This document shows positions 1-9,376 of a DNA stretch of 64,000 nt, piece by piece; positions within the stretch are counted from its first letter, which is position 1; the number at the start of each line of letters is the position of its first letter. A program made the position numbers and the translations under genes. This DNA comes from Chloroflexus sp. (GTDB taxonomy: Bacteria; Chloroflexota; Chloroflexia; Chloroflexales; Chloroflexaceae), in contig JAINCM010000035.1 of assembly GCA_036574065.1 (NCBI GenBank), positions 12,754 through 76,753 of the forward strand. The letters run 5' to 3'. A model generated the notes under the pieces. It was not told the DNA's origin, made no database searches, and worked only from the letters and a program-made list of their open reading frames with translations.

Positions 1-2239
1 CTTCTTCGGTAATCTGCGCAGCACCATTATCACGATGGCCGGGTTGCCGGTCATTCTGATCGGTACATTTATCTTCATGCCGTTCTTCGGCTTGACGATC
101 AATCTGGTGACCTTGCTGGCCCTCTCGCTCTGTGTCGGTCTGGTGATCGATGATGCTATCGTCGTGCGCGAGAACATCTTCCGTCATCTCGAACGGGGTG
201 AGAGTCCGCGGGTGGCTTCATCACGTGGAACGTGGGAAGTCGGCCTCTCGGTGGTGGCAATGACGCTCACGATCGTGGCCGTCTTCATACCAGTAACATT
301 TGCCGAAGGTGTTGCCGGGATCGTTTTCAAGTCGTTTGGTCTGGTTGTCTCAATCGCGATCCTGCTGTCGCTAGCAGAGGCGTTTACCTTTGCGCCGATG
401 ATGTCGGCCAATTTGTTCCCCAATATCAAGGTGAAGCCTAAGCCGCAGCATGGGAAGCACGAGCCAATTGTCGAAGTGCCAATTTCGGATGAAGTGAGTG
501 AGCGTGACATTGGCTTGCTGCAAGAGGCGAACGAAGATCCTGGTCGTCTAGAGCGCTGGTACGGGAAATTGCTCGCCTGGACACTGGCCAGTCTACGCAA
601 CCGACTGATTGTGGTCGGGGTTGCCATCGCCGTGCTGATTCTCAGTGTCTGGGTTGCTAGCGGACTAAAGCTCACTTTCTTCCCAGAGCAGGACCCGCAC
701 GAGTTCATCATGCGCTTTGAGGCTGCACCGGGAACGACACTTGCCGAAACTGACCGGCTAGCCCGCCAGGCTGAACAAATCCTACTGAGTGATCCAGCGG
801 TTGAGAACGTCATTACCCGGGTTGGAGCCGCTGGCTTCCCCGAACGGGCTGAGTTTTCGGTTACGCTGGTTGGCCGCACGCCAACTCTGCCAACACAAGA
901 GCGATTACGCGAGCAACTGAGTTTTCTGCCCCGCCTGAGTTTTTCGGTGCCTAGCTTCCAGCCATCGAGCGCCGGCGTAGAAGGGCGTGAACTTCAGGTA
1001 AGCTTGCAAACCACGCGCCCAGCCACCGAGCTGAAGCCCTTCGTCGAAGCGATCATGCGCGAGATGGCGTCAGTCCCAGGGCTGGTAGACATCGACAGCA
1101 ACTTGCAACTGGGTAAACCAGAATTACGCTTGCGCGCCGATCCGACCCGTATTGGTGAATTGGGAATTACCAACGAAGATATTGCAACCTCGGTGCGAGC
1201 GCTGATCAACGGTGATCGAGCTACCGTCCTGCGCACGAATGGCAGCGATACCGATGTAGTGGTGCGGCTGGCCCCCCAAGATCGAGCCGGTATCGAAACC
1301 CTGGGCACGATCAGCATTCCAACGCGGGCCGGTATAGTACCGCTCAGCTCGCTGGGGACAGTTGAACTGGCGTCGAGCCAAATCTCGATCCGTCGCTATG
1401 ACCGCCTGAATCAGGTGCTGATCGGGGCTAACTTAGAGGGGATTAATCTGAGCGATGCGCAGGCAGCAGTGCAGGCCCGCATCGACGCACTGAATATCCC
1501 GGCTGATGTGATTGTTAGTTACGTTGGTACCTTTGCGCAGACGAACGAAGGGTTCTCATCGCTCTTCCTAGCGATGGGATTGTCAGTGCTCTTCGTTTAC
1601 ATGGTGCTGGCTTCACAGTTCGGCAGCTTTACCCAGCCGCTAGTGATTATGATGGCAATGCCGTTCAGCTTCATCGGTGCATTCCTGGCTTTACGCCTGG
1701 TTGGCATCGATCTCGACATTACCGGTATGATCGGCCTGATCATGCTGTTGGGTCTGGTGGTGAAAAACTCTATTCTGCTGGTCGACTTCACCAACCGCCT
1801 ACGTGATCTAGGCCTCGATAAGCATTCGGCGCTCAAGCTGGCCGGCGCAATTCGGTTACGTCCGATCTTGATGACTGCGCTGTCACTGGTGGCTGGTGCC
1901 ATGCCAACCGCGTTAGGTCTGCACCTGCTGGCAACCGGCGAAGGTAATGAGTTCCGCAAAGGACTGGCATGGGTCTTGATTGGCGGTATGCTGACCTCGA
2001 CTCTGTTGACGCTGCTGGTTGTCCCGACGGTGTATAGCCTGATGGATGCATTGGTGACGTGGCTGAAGCAACGCTTCAGCGGTGTGCAAGCTCAAGAAGG
2101 TTTCGAACTACCGGCACCTGGCCCTGGGGTAACTATTTCTCCGACAACGTCCAGCACACCCGCTGGAGCTCAACTGACACGACCGGCCGTGCCGCCGACA
2201 ACACCAGCAACGCCAGCTGGCGAACCATCGGCAGACTAG
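1..2239 (+). CDS. AcrB/AcrD/AcrF-family RND efflux permease, 5'-truncated by the window edge
   Basis: The reading frame is open from base 2. Motifs GLVIDDAIVVRENI, GLVVKNSILLVDF and RLRPILMTA are RND hallmarks. Pro/Thr-rich C-tail. Confidence 0.93.
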   Translation, partial: FFGNLRSTIITMAGLPVILIGTFIFMPFFGLTINLVTLLALSLCVGLVIDDAIVVRENIFRHLERGESPRVASSRGTWEVGLSVVAMTLTIVAVFIPVTFAEGVAGIVFKSFGLVVSIAILLSLAEAFTFAPMMSANLFPNIKVKPKPQHGKHEPIVEVPISDEVSERDIGLLQEANEDPGRLERWYGKLLAWTLASLRNRLIVVGVAIAVLILSVWVASGLKLTFFPEQDPHEFIMRFEAAPGTTLAETDRLARQAEQILLSDPAVENVITRVGAAGFPERAEFSVTLVGRTPTLPTQERLREQLSFLPRLSFSVPSFQPSSAGVEGRELQVSLQTTRPATELKPFVEAIMREMASVPGLVDIDSNLQLGKPELRLRADPTRIGELGITNEDIATSVRALINGDRATVLRTNGSDTDVVVRLAPQDRAGIETLGTISIPTRAGIVPLSSLGTVELASSQISIRRYDRLNQVLIGANLEGINLSDAQAAVQARIDALNIPADVIVSYVGTFAQTNEGFSSLFLAMGLSVLFVYMVLASQFGSFTQPLVIMMAMPFSFIGAFLALRLVGIDLDITGMIGLIMLLGLVVKNSILLVDFTNRLRDLGLDKHSALKLAGAIRLRPILMTALSLVAGAMPTALGLHLLATGEGNEFRKGLAWVLIGGMLTSTLLTLLVVPTVYSLMDALVTWLKQRFSGVQAQEGFELPAPGPGVTISPTTSSTPAGAQLTRPAVPPTTPATPAGEPSAD

Positions 2240-2244
2240 CGATG

Positions 2245-2283
2245 GCGAGGGGATGGAGTGCATGATCGGCGCTCCACCCTCGC
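2245..2283. other. Intergenic GC-rich stem-loop between the RND and MFP genes
   Basis: GCGAGGG..TGGAGTGC-loop-GCGCTCCA-CCCTCGC imperfect inverted repeat with no U-tract. Confidence 0.45.
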
Positions 2284-2342
2284 TCCCAATGCCCACTAGT
2301 TAGATGACAGGTGAGCACTATCTTGATAGGAGTAGACATGCA

Positions 2343-3899
2343 ATGCGACGACTGATTGCGTCAACAGTGATCGGTGGCGCGCTGGCAGTGCTAGCCGCTT
2401 GTACCACCCCAGCCCCTTCACCTACAGCTGTGCCGACAGCAGCGGCTGACACGAGACCGACGGTAGCACCCCTACCCACCGCTGCCCCAGTCACAACGAT
2501 TGATCTGACCAACGCGCCTACTATCAGTCTCGGCGTAACAGCGAGTGGTGAAGTGGTGGCCCGTAGCAGTGCCGATCTGAGTTTCCGCATCCCTGGCGTA
2601 GTGGCCGAAGTGCTGGTAAAGGAGGGTGATCAGGTTAAAGCCGGCGATCCGCTGGTTGCACTTGATACCCGTGAATTGGAATTACAAGTGGCTCAGGCTG
2701 AGGCTAGCCTAGCACAGGCGCGGGCAAATTATGAACGACTGATAGAAGGTGCAACACCGGAAGAGATTGCCGCTGTGCGTGCCCAGGTATCTCAGGCACA
2801 GGCAGCATTACGCCAAGCACGCGGGAGTGTCACTGAGGCTGATATTGCTGCTGCTGAAGCAGCGCTCGCACAGGCAATTGCTCGACGCAATGACCTGCTT
2901 GATGGGCCGAATGAGGCTGATCTAACGGCAGCACGCGCCGCCGTGGAGCAGGCCGAGGCCAATTTGAATATTCAGCGTACCAACCTCTCGGCGGCCAAAT
3001 CAAACGCCGAGCTGCAAATGCTTCAGGCGGCTAACGCTCTCCGTGACGCTCAGCAAGCCTACTCCGATCTTTACTGGAAGAATCGCGAGCGTGAACAGCA
3101 ACTGGCGAAATTCGGACTTGAATTGCCAAAAGAAGCCAAAGACGCTGAAGAACAACTGCTACGCGCAGTAGAATCGGCAGAGGCGCGGTATAAGCAGACA
3201 CAGCTGGCTTATGAGCAGGCACGTCAGAATGAGATTGATGGCATTGCTGCCGCTGAAGCGCAGGTACGCACTGCACGCAGCAATCTGCAGCGTTTGCTCG
3301 ATGGCCCAACCGCCGATCTGATTGCAGCGGCTGACGCCGCGGTTGCACAGGCCCAAGCGACGCTCGAGCGTTTGCGTGGCGATCAGCGTGCAGGTGCATT
3401 GGCCGCAGCTCAGGCAGGTGTCGCGGCTGCTCAGGCCAACCTCGATCGGATTACTGCCCCACCGAGTCGCCAAAACCTGATCGCAGCCGAAGCAGCCGTC
3501 AAGATCGCAGAAGCGGCCTTAAGCGCAGCCCGCCTCAATTTGGAGAAGGCAGTGTTACGCGCACCTTTCGATGGCATTGTCGCTCGGATCAACGTTGATC
3601 CTGGCGATCTGGCTGGCACAGGCCCGCTACCGGTAGTTCAGCTTGTCGACACGAGCGAGCTCCATGTTGAAGCAAACATCAGTGACACTGACGTAGCACG
3701 GGTGCGTGAAGGTCAGCGTGTCGAAGTGCGGGTCGATGCCCGCGCTGGTACTGTCATCGAGGGTACCGTAGACTTTGTGGCCCCAGTCGCCAACGTTGTC
3801 GGTAATGTGCGCACCTTCAGAGTACGCGTCAAGTTGAATGAACAAGAGGGCCTACGTGCTGGAATGAGCGTTCGGATCACGGTTCTCACCGATCAGTAA
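2343..3899 (+). CDS. RND periplasmic adaptor (MFP/HlyD family) lipoprotein with a very long Ala/Gln coiled coil
   Basis: AGGAG precedes ATG 2343. Lipobox LAAC. Lipoyl halves (GVVAEVLVKEGDQVKAGDPLV; LRAPFDGIVARINVDPGD) and a C-terminal beta-barrel (GLRAGMSVRI). Confidence 0.9.
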   Translation: MRRLIASTVIGGALAVLAACTTPAPSPTAVPTAAADTRPTVAPLPTAAPVTTIDLTNAPTISLGVTASGEVVARSSADLSFRIPGVVAEVLVKEGDQVKAGDPLVALDTRELELQVAQAEASLAQARANYERLIEGATPEEIAAVRAQVSQAQAALRQARGSVTEADIAAAEAALAQAIARRNDLLDGPNEADLTAARAAVEQAEANLNIQRTNLSAAKSNAELQMLQAANALRDAQQAYSDLYWKNREREQQLAKFGLELPKEAKDAEEQLLRAVESAEARYKQTQLAYEQARQNEIDGIAAAEAQVRTARSNLQRLLDGPTADLIAAADAAVAQAQATLERLRGDQRAGALAAAQAGVAAAQANLDRITAPPSRQNLIAAEAAVKIAEAALSAARLNLEKAVLRAPFDGIVARINVDPGDLAGTGPLPVVQLVDTSELHVEANISDTDVARVREGQRVEVRVDARAGTVIEGTVDFVAPVANVVGNVRTFRVRVKLNEQEGLRAGMSVRITVLTDQ

Positions 3900-3909
3900 G
3901 GAATGGGCA

Positions 3910-3956
3910 GGGACATTGCTGCAGCTGTGGAGAAATACCGACTGCGGCAATGTCCC
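3910..3956 (+). terminator. Long hairpin after the MFP gene
   Basis: GGGACATTGCTGCAG-N17-CTGCGGCAATGTCCC, 15-bp stem with one G:T pair, about 10 nt after the stop. Confidence 0.55.
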
Positions 3957-4016
3957 CAAGATGTGGTATAGTTCCAGTTATCAACAATGTTGTGTGCTGG
4001 TTGACTTAGAGTGCTT

Positions 4017-4628
4017 ATGAGCATGACATTGCGCGAACGTCGCCGCCAAATGCTGCGCGATGAGATTCTCGCCGCGACTCAGCAATTTATTGTCGAACGG
4101 GGATTTGCTGCGCTGGCGATGGATGAACTGGCGGCACGCGTTGGCATCTCAAAGCCAACCTTGTACAATCAGTTCCCCACCCGCGAGGATCTACTGGCCG
4201 CCATGATCGTCCGTCTCATTCGCGATCTCTTTACGGCGGCGGCTATCGGTGAACCGAGCGATCGTTCACCACTTGAACAGCTTTGCGATCTGTTGCGTGC
4301 AAGTGTTATCTTTCAGATACAGCATCGTGCCGCTGCATTTCAGTTGTGGCTGCCAGAGGTGGCCGAGTTGCTCGAGAAGCATCCTGCTTCGCGCGAGGAG
4401 CTGCTGCAGGCTCAGGAATGCGTCTTGAAACTGGCTGCTGCGGCAATCGCAGCCGGAGAAGTGGCGGCGGATTTGCAGCCCGTTGATGTGATCCGGGCCT
4501 TCTCAGCGCTGCTCTGTTTTCCCTTTGTGGGCGGACGTAATTTGCCACCGGTTAGCGATCCAGTTGCAACCGCGGATCTCGTTGTGCGGATCTTTCGACA
4601 GGGGTTGCAGGCCCCAGAACGCGATTAG
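4017..4628 (+). CDS. TetR/AcrR-family transcriptional regulator
   Basis: N-terminal HTH MDELAARVGISKPTLYNQF. Start codon uncertain (4011, 4017 or 4023). Confidence 0.9.
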   Translation: MSMTLRERRRQMLRDEILAATQQFIVERGFAALAMDELAARVGISKPTLYNQFPTREDLLAAMIVRLIRDLFTAAAIGEPSDRSPLEQLCDLLRASVIFQIQHRAAAFQLWLPEVAELLEKHPASREELLQAQECVLKLAAAAIAAGEVAADLQPVDVIRAFSALLCFPFVGGRNLPPVSDPVATADLVVRIFRQGLQAPERD

Positions 4629-4719
4629 GGCGCGGGGCCACAGTCGATCGCTTGGGCGAAGCGCCATCTCCCGCAGGTGGTAGGTGCCGAGGCAAACGTT
4701 ACCACCATCAGTGTCGCGG

Positions 4720-4725
4720 TATAAT
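4720..4725 (+). promoter_or_regulatory. -10 box TATAAT upstream of the FAD oxidoreductase
   Basis: Consensus TATAAT 35 nt before ATG 4761. Confidence 0.5.
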
Positions 4726-4760
4726 CGCAGTGAGGAATTGTGCTAGGCTGAGATGCCACC

Positions 4761-5891
4761 ATGACCGTCAACCAACATTCTCAGCCGGTCTGGTATGACA
4801 CACCTGATCCAATCTATCCGACGCTCACCGAGACGATTGCCGTCGATGTGTGTGTGATCGGATTGGGTGGGTCAGGTCTCACTTGTCTCCACGAGCTGCT
4901 CGATCTGGGCGTAAGTGTGGCCGGCATTGACGCCGCGGCTATTGGCAGTGGTGCTGCTGGACGCAACGGTGGTTTCTTGCTGGCCGGGTTAGCAGCCTTC
5001 TACCACCAGGCGGTCAACGCGATAGGCCGCACGCGAGCAGCGGCGATCTATCGTCTCACGTTAGCCGAGATTGAACGTATGGCTGCCGATTTCCCTGGCT
5101 TGGTACGGCAAGTTGGTTCATTGCGTATTGCCGCCTCGGCGGCTGAAGCTGCTGATTGTACGGCCCAACTACGTGCTATGCGTGCCGACAACCTTCCAGT
5201 TGAACCGTACCAAGGTCCGGAAGGCAAAGGCTTACTCATTCCGAGTGATGGGGCATTTCAACCACTTTGGCGCTGCCGACTAATGGCCGAGCAGGCTCAT
5301 CGCCAGGGTGCGCTTCTCTTCACCCATACTCCCGCTCTAGCAATTGAAGGCACAACGGTGCACTGCCCTCAGGGTCGCATCCAGGCCCATAACGTCATCA
5401 TTGCGGTTGATGGCGGATTAGAACGATTAGTACCAGAGTTGCGCCCAATTGTACGCACCACCCGGCTCCAGATGCTATCCACCGCACCTGATCCCTCCTG
5501 TCAGATTCCACGTCCGGTGTATACGCGCTGGGGCTATGATTACTGGCAGCAGCTTCCTGATCATCGGATTGCGCTCGGTGGTTGCCGTGATCGCTTTGCC
5601 GCCGAGGAATGGGACGCTCCGCCACAGCCATCAGCAGCCGTGCAGGCGGCACTCGAACGCATCTTACGCGAGCGTATCGGCAGCCAGGCGCCAGTAGAAC
5701 GACGTTGGGCGGCACAAGTTGCCTATCGTAGTGACAGCATCTTGCCCATTGCGCGCCAGATTCGACCCAATGTCTGGGCAATTGGCGCCTACAACGGCAC
5801 TGGTAATGTGATGGGCGCTCTCTGCGGACGAGCAGTGGCTCGCGCTGCTGCACGTGGTGATCAGACATTGTTGCGCTTGCTTGACGGGTAG
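4761..5891 (+). CDS. FAD-dependent oxidoreductase, DAO family (PuuB/OrdL-like)
   Basis: VCVIGLGGSG dinucleotide fold, GAAGRNGGF, and C-terminal GAYNGTGN. Confidence 0.85.
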   Translation: MTVNQHSQPVWYDTPDPIYPTLTETIAVDVCVIGLGGSGLTCLHELLDLGVSVAGIDAAAIGSGAAGRNGGFLLAGLAAFYHQAVNAIGRTRAAAIYRLTLAEIERMAADFPGLVRQVGSLRIAASAAEAADCTAQLRAMRADNLPVEPYQGPEGKGLLIPSDGAFQPLWRCRLMAEQAHRQGALLFTHTPALAIEGTTVHCPQGRIQAHNVIIAVDGGLERLVPELRPIVRTTRLQMLSTAPDPSCQIPRPVYTRWGYDYWQQLPDHRIALGGCRDRFAAEEWDAPPQPSAAVQAALERILRERIGSQAPVERRWAAQVAYRSDSILPIARQIRPNVWAIGAYNGTGNVMGALCGRAVARAAARGDQTLLRLLDG

Positions 5892-5979
5892 CACAATCTA
5901 CTCGATGACCTCGAACGTATCAGACCTCTCTTCCTGTATGTTATGATAGGGGCTGATCGCGATTGTTGCGGAACAGGCT

Positions 5980-6882
5980 ATGAACGTCATTGAAACGATC
6001 GAGCTCTGCAAGCGCTACGGTGAGCGTCTAGTTGTTGATCACCTTAGTCTGACTGTCGGTAGTGGCGAAGTGTTTGGCTTTCTCGGCCCAAACGGCGCTG
6101 GGAAGACCACGACGATCGCCATGCTGCTTGGGCTGGTCAAGCCAACCAAAGGCAAGGCCATCGTGCTCGGCCATGATATGCAACGCGAGCCAACGCTAGC
6201 CTTGCGCCGGGTGGGAGCGATGATAGAAGCGCCCGCCTTCTACCCCTACCTAAGCGGAGCTGACAATCTGCGCGTATTAGCCTTAGCCGGTGGGATTCCG
6301 GTTGAACGAGTGGCACAGACGCTCGATATTGTTGATCTGCGCGAGCGAGCCCGCGACAAAGTGGCAACCTACTCGCAGGGGATGAAGCAACGCCTAGCGA
6401 TCGCTGCTGCATTGCTGCCTGATCCCGAGTTGATCATACTCGATGAACCAACCAACGGTCTCGACCCGGCAGGGACAGTTGAGATTCGAAACCTCATTCG
6501 ATCACTGGCCGGCAGCGGGCGTACAATCTTGCTGTGCAGTCATCAGTTGCACGAAGTTGAGCAGCTCTGTCAGCGGGTAGCGATCATGAAGGAAGGGAAG
6601 CTCATTGCTGCCGGTGATGTCGCGACCCTGCTGCGCCGCGGCCAAGGAGTGCGGGTACGGGTGCAAGGCGATCCGGCATCAGCAGTAAGTCTCCTCCATT
6701 CATTAGAGTGGGTTGCGGGTGTGACTGTACAGGGCGATACGATTATCGTTGATGCGCCAGCTAGCCGCACTGCCGAGATCAATACCCTCTTGATCCGAGC
6801 CAATATTGTGGTGACGGAGATCGGGGCCAGTAGCACTTCTTTAGAAGAGTTTTTCCTATCAGTGACCCAGGCCGAGAGCTAA
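5980..6882 (+). CDS. ABC-2 type exporter ATP-binding protein
   Basis: GPNGAGKT Walker A, YSQGMKQR signature, LDEPTNGLDP. Confidence 0.93.
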   Translation: MNVIETIELCKRYGERLVVDHLSLTVGSGEVFGFLGPNGAGKTTTIAMLLGLVKPTKGKAIVLGHDMQREPTLALRRVGAMIEAPAFYPYLSGADNLRVLALAGGIPVERVAQTLDIVDLRERARDKVATYSQGMKQRLAIAAALLPDPELIILDEPTNGLDPAGTVEIRNLIRSLAGSGRTILLCSHQLHEVEQLCQRVAIMKEGKLIAAGDVATLLRRGQGVRVRVQGDPASAVSLLHSLEWVAGVTVQGDTIIVDAPASRTAEINTLLIRANIVVTEIGASSTSLEEFFLSVTQAES

Positions 6883-6921
6883 ACTTGGCAGTTGTTATGT
6901 TCTGAAAGGTATCCAATCGCT

Positions 6922-7839
6922 ATGGATACAGGCGCCATTTTTATCAATCTGCTCGCCGCCGAATGGATGAAAATCTCACGCCGACCCATGGCGCTATTGT
7001 TGCTGGGCATCTTTCTCACCCTGACCATGCTGCAGCAGACACTTTGGTTTCTTGTAGTGGCGCTGCAAGAAGGTTTCTTTAGCGGTAGTGGTACCACGTT
7101 TGGTATACTCAGTGCAGCAGCACTTGAGCAGGTCAAGCGACAATTGAGTCTGCCTGGCGTCTTTGGTGCGATGCTGAGCGCAATTAATGGCACCGGTGGC
7201 ATTCTGGCCATCATTTTGACTGCTGGTCTCTTTGGGAGTGATTTCAATTGGGGTACGCTGCGCGTCTTGCTTACCCGCGCTCCTAGCCGAGGCGCTTACC
7301 TGTTAGCCAAACTGACAGCCCTGCAACTGGCGCTGTTGGTGGCAATGGTGATCACACTGATCGTGGGCACGCTGCTCTCCCTCTTCTTCAGCGCCATACT
7401 TGGGTTACCACAACAGGCTGACATCAGCGCGTTCCTGCTCTTACCGCTGGGGATGCTACGCTCCCTGCTCGTACTGGTTCCATACACGCTGATCGCAGCG
7501 GCCAGCGCCATTGTCGGGCGATCGGTCATTGCCGGCGTGGGCGGTGGCCTGATCTTTCTCGTCTTCGACGTCAGCGCCGGCTCGCTCAACACCATCAGCG
7601 CGGTTGATCCTATGATACGTGTGTTGGTGAATCTGCTCTTGCAACCAAACATCGACCGGCTTATCGTTGACAACAGCCAGATGTTTGGCCTGGATCAGAG
7701 TGTCCTCACGGGAGCACTCGATCGCAATCTGCTACCATCATCGTGGCAGGCGATCAGCGTAATCGTGGTTTACAGTGTGATCTTTGGCTACAGCGCCTAC
7801 CGTACCCTCAAGCGGCAAGATATTGGTGGGGCAAATTGA
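6922..7839 (+). CDS. ABC-2 type permease
   Basis: Multiple TM helices with FGSDFNWGTLRVLLTRAPSRGAYLLAK. Directly follows the ATPase. AAAGGT precedes ATG 6922. Confidence 0.85.
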   Translation: MDTGAIFINLLAAEWMKISRRPMALLLLGIFLTLTMLQQTLWFLVVALQEGFFSGSGTTFGILSAAALEQVKRQLSLPGVFGAMLSAINGTGGILAIILTAGLFGSDFNWGTLRVLLTRAPSRGAYLLAKLTALQLALLVAMVITLIVGTLLSLFFSAILGLPQQADISAFLLLPLGMLRSLLVLVPYTLIAAASAIVGRSVIAGVGGGLIFLVFDVSAGSLNTISAVDPMIRVLVNLLLQPNIDRLIVDNSQMFGLDQSVLTGALDRNLLPSSWQAISVIVVYSVIFGYSAYRTLKRQDIGGAN

Positions 7840-7870
7840 GATCGAGCTTAGGTGGTGGCACTGCTGACTG

Positions 7871-7908
7871 CCCTCGATGAGAGTGCTCGCCGCGTTCATC
7901 GGAGAGGG
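7871..7908. terminator. Hairpin between convergent genes
   Basis: CCCTCGATGA...TCATCGGAGAGGG imperfect inverted repeat. Confidence 0.4.
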
Positions 7909-7935
7909 ACATCGAAGACAACTGCTAGCAATCCC

Positions 7936-8538
7936 TCACTGCCACTGCACAATTAACTCGCTCAGTGGGCGGCGCGGGCGACGCTGCGGTTCTTGAGCCA
8001 GATAGCCGATAGGAATAAGCGCATGGGGATGCAGATCCTCGGCTAATCCGAGTGCAGCACGTACCGCTGCAGGGGCAAAGAGCGGCGCACACATCCAGCC
8101 TGCTGCTAGGCCGAGGGCAAATGCTGCTAGCAGCATATTTTGCACGGCGCAGCCTAGACTCTGGATCGCCATGGTTGTCTCAGCGGCCTGGCGGGCGGGA
8201 TCGGGGTACTGATCAAGATCGTTCAGATAGAGGCAGGGAATAATGATAATTGGCGCGTTGACCACACGCTCATGGGAGCGTTGCAGCCGTTGCTCGATGG
8301 TAGATGGATCGTGACCATCAAGGGCAAGATGGTAGCGCCAGGCTGCACCCATCGCCTGAGCCAGCGCTTGCTTACGTTCGCGGGCTTCAACGACCACAAA
8401 CCGCCATGGTTGAGCACCATGAGGTGAAGGCGCCCAGCTGGCTGCGGCCAGGATCTGTTCAATTGCAGCGCGTGGCGGTGGATCGGGATGAAAGGCGCGC
8501 ACTGTGCGGCGCGTTTGGGCAAGCGTAAAGAAATCCAT
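7936..8538 (-). CDS. Nitroreductase-family FMN-binding protein resembling the FbiB C-terminal domain (stand-alone dehydro-F420 reductase-like)
   Basis: RRTVRAF, APSPHGAQPWRFVVV, SLGCAVQNMLLAA, GWMCAPLF. Lies 31 bp downstream of cofE. Confidence 0.8.
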   Translation of the reverse strand: MDFFTLAQTRRTVRAFHPDPPPRAAIEQILAAASWAPSPHGAQPWRFVVVEARERKQALAQAMGAAWRYHLALDGHDPSTIEQRLQRSHERVVNAPIIIIPCLYLNDLDQYPDPARQAAETTMAIQSLGCAVQNMLLAAFALGLAAGWMCAPLFAPAAVRAALGLAEDLHPHALIPIGYLAQEPQRRPRRPLSELIVQWQ

Positions 8539-8569
8539 AACACCTACAACATAACCTCGGACGACACCC

Positions 8570-9328
8570 TTAGCGGAACAGATCAAACCGTGGGTCGCGA
8601 ATCAGCGAGCGCGCCGAAGCCGTATCACTTGGCTGATACTGATAGCCGCGTACAATCGCCGCCGGCACGCGATCGATTTTTCCCATCACTAGCTCTGCTG
8701 CAGCGGCCAATTCATCAGCCACTGCGATCAACGTAGCCTGCATCGTATAGCCGTAGGGATCAGCGATACCGGCAAAGCTATGCAGTGGCTCTAGACCAGC
8801 GACACCAATAGCCACATTCACCTGCCCCTCCCGCCATGGACGACCAAATGTATCAGTAATAATGACTGCAGGGGCACAACCGTAGCGTACAGCTAACGCC
8901 GCGCGCAGTGCCGCAGCGCTGGCATCGGGATCGATAGGCAACAACGCTAATCGGCGCCCACCATCAACATTCGACTCGTCAACACCGCTGTTGGCGCAGA
9001 CAAAACCGTGATGAGTTTCGGTAATGAGCACGCCGTTCGCCATCTTAACAATGCGCTTGCTCTCGCGTAACACCACCTCTTGGTAGCGAGCGTCTTTCTT
9101 GGCAGTTTTGGCAATCTGGCGCGCAAAGGGTGATGGTTCCACTGTCGCTAGATCGACCAACCGTCCTTCCGCCTTCGAGACAATCTTTTGGGTAACAACC
9201 AGGACATCACCGGCTACCAACCCGCCGATCTGGTCGATGGCTGGTGCCAGCAACGCAGCTAGATTATCGCCTGGTTGTACTTCACCGATGCCGCGCAGCG
9301 GAAGAATGCGAATTTCGCCTTGTGTCAT
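8570..9328 (-). CDS. cofE: Coenzyme F420-0:L-glutamate ligase
   Basis: VVTQKIVSKAEGR, VCANSGVDESN, IITDTFGRPWREG, ADELAAAAELVMGK. Confidence 0.92.
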   Translation of the reverse strand: MTQGEIRILPLRGIGEVQPGDNLAALLAPAIDQIGGLVAGDVLVVTQKIVSKAEGRLVDLATVEPSPFARQIAKTAKKDARYQEVVLRESKRIVKMANGVLITETHHGFVCANSGVDESNVDGGRRLALLPIDPDASAAALRAALAVRYGCAPAVIITDTFGRPWREGQVNVAIGVAGLEPLHSFAGIADPYGYTMQATLIAVADELAAAAELVMGKIDRVPAAIVRGYQYQPSDTASARSLIRDPRFDLFR

Positions 9329-9376
9329 AGATTTAGTGTGATGAGGGCAATGCTCTGCGTTGCCCCAGTGACGAGG

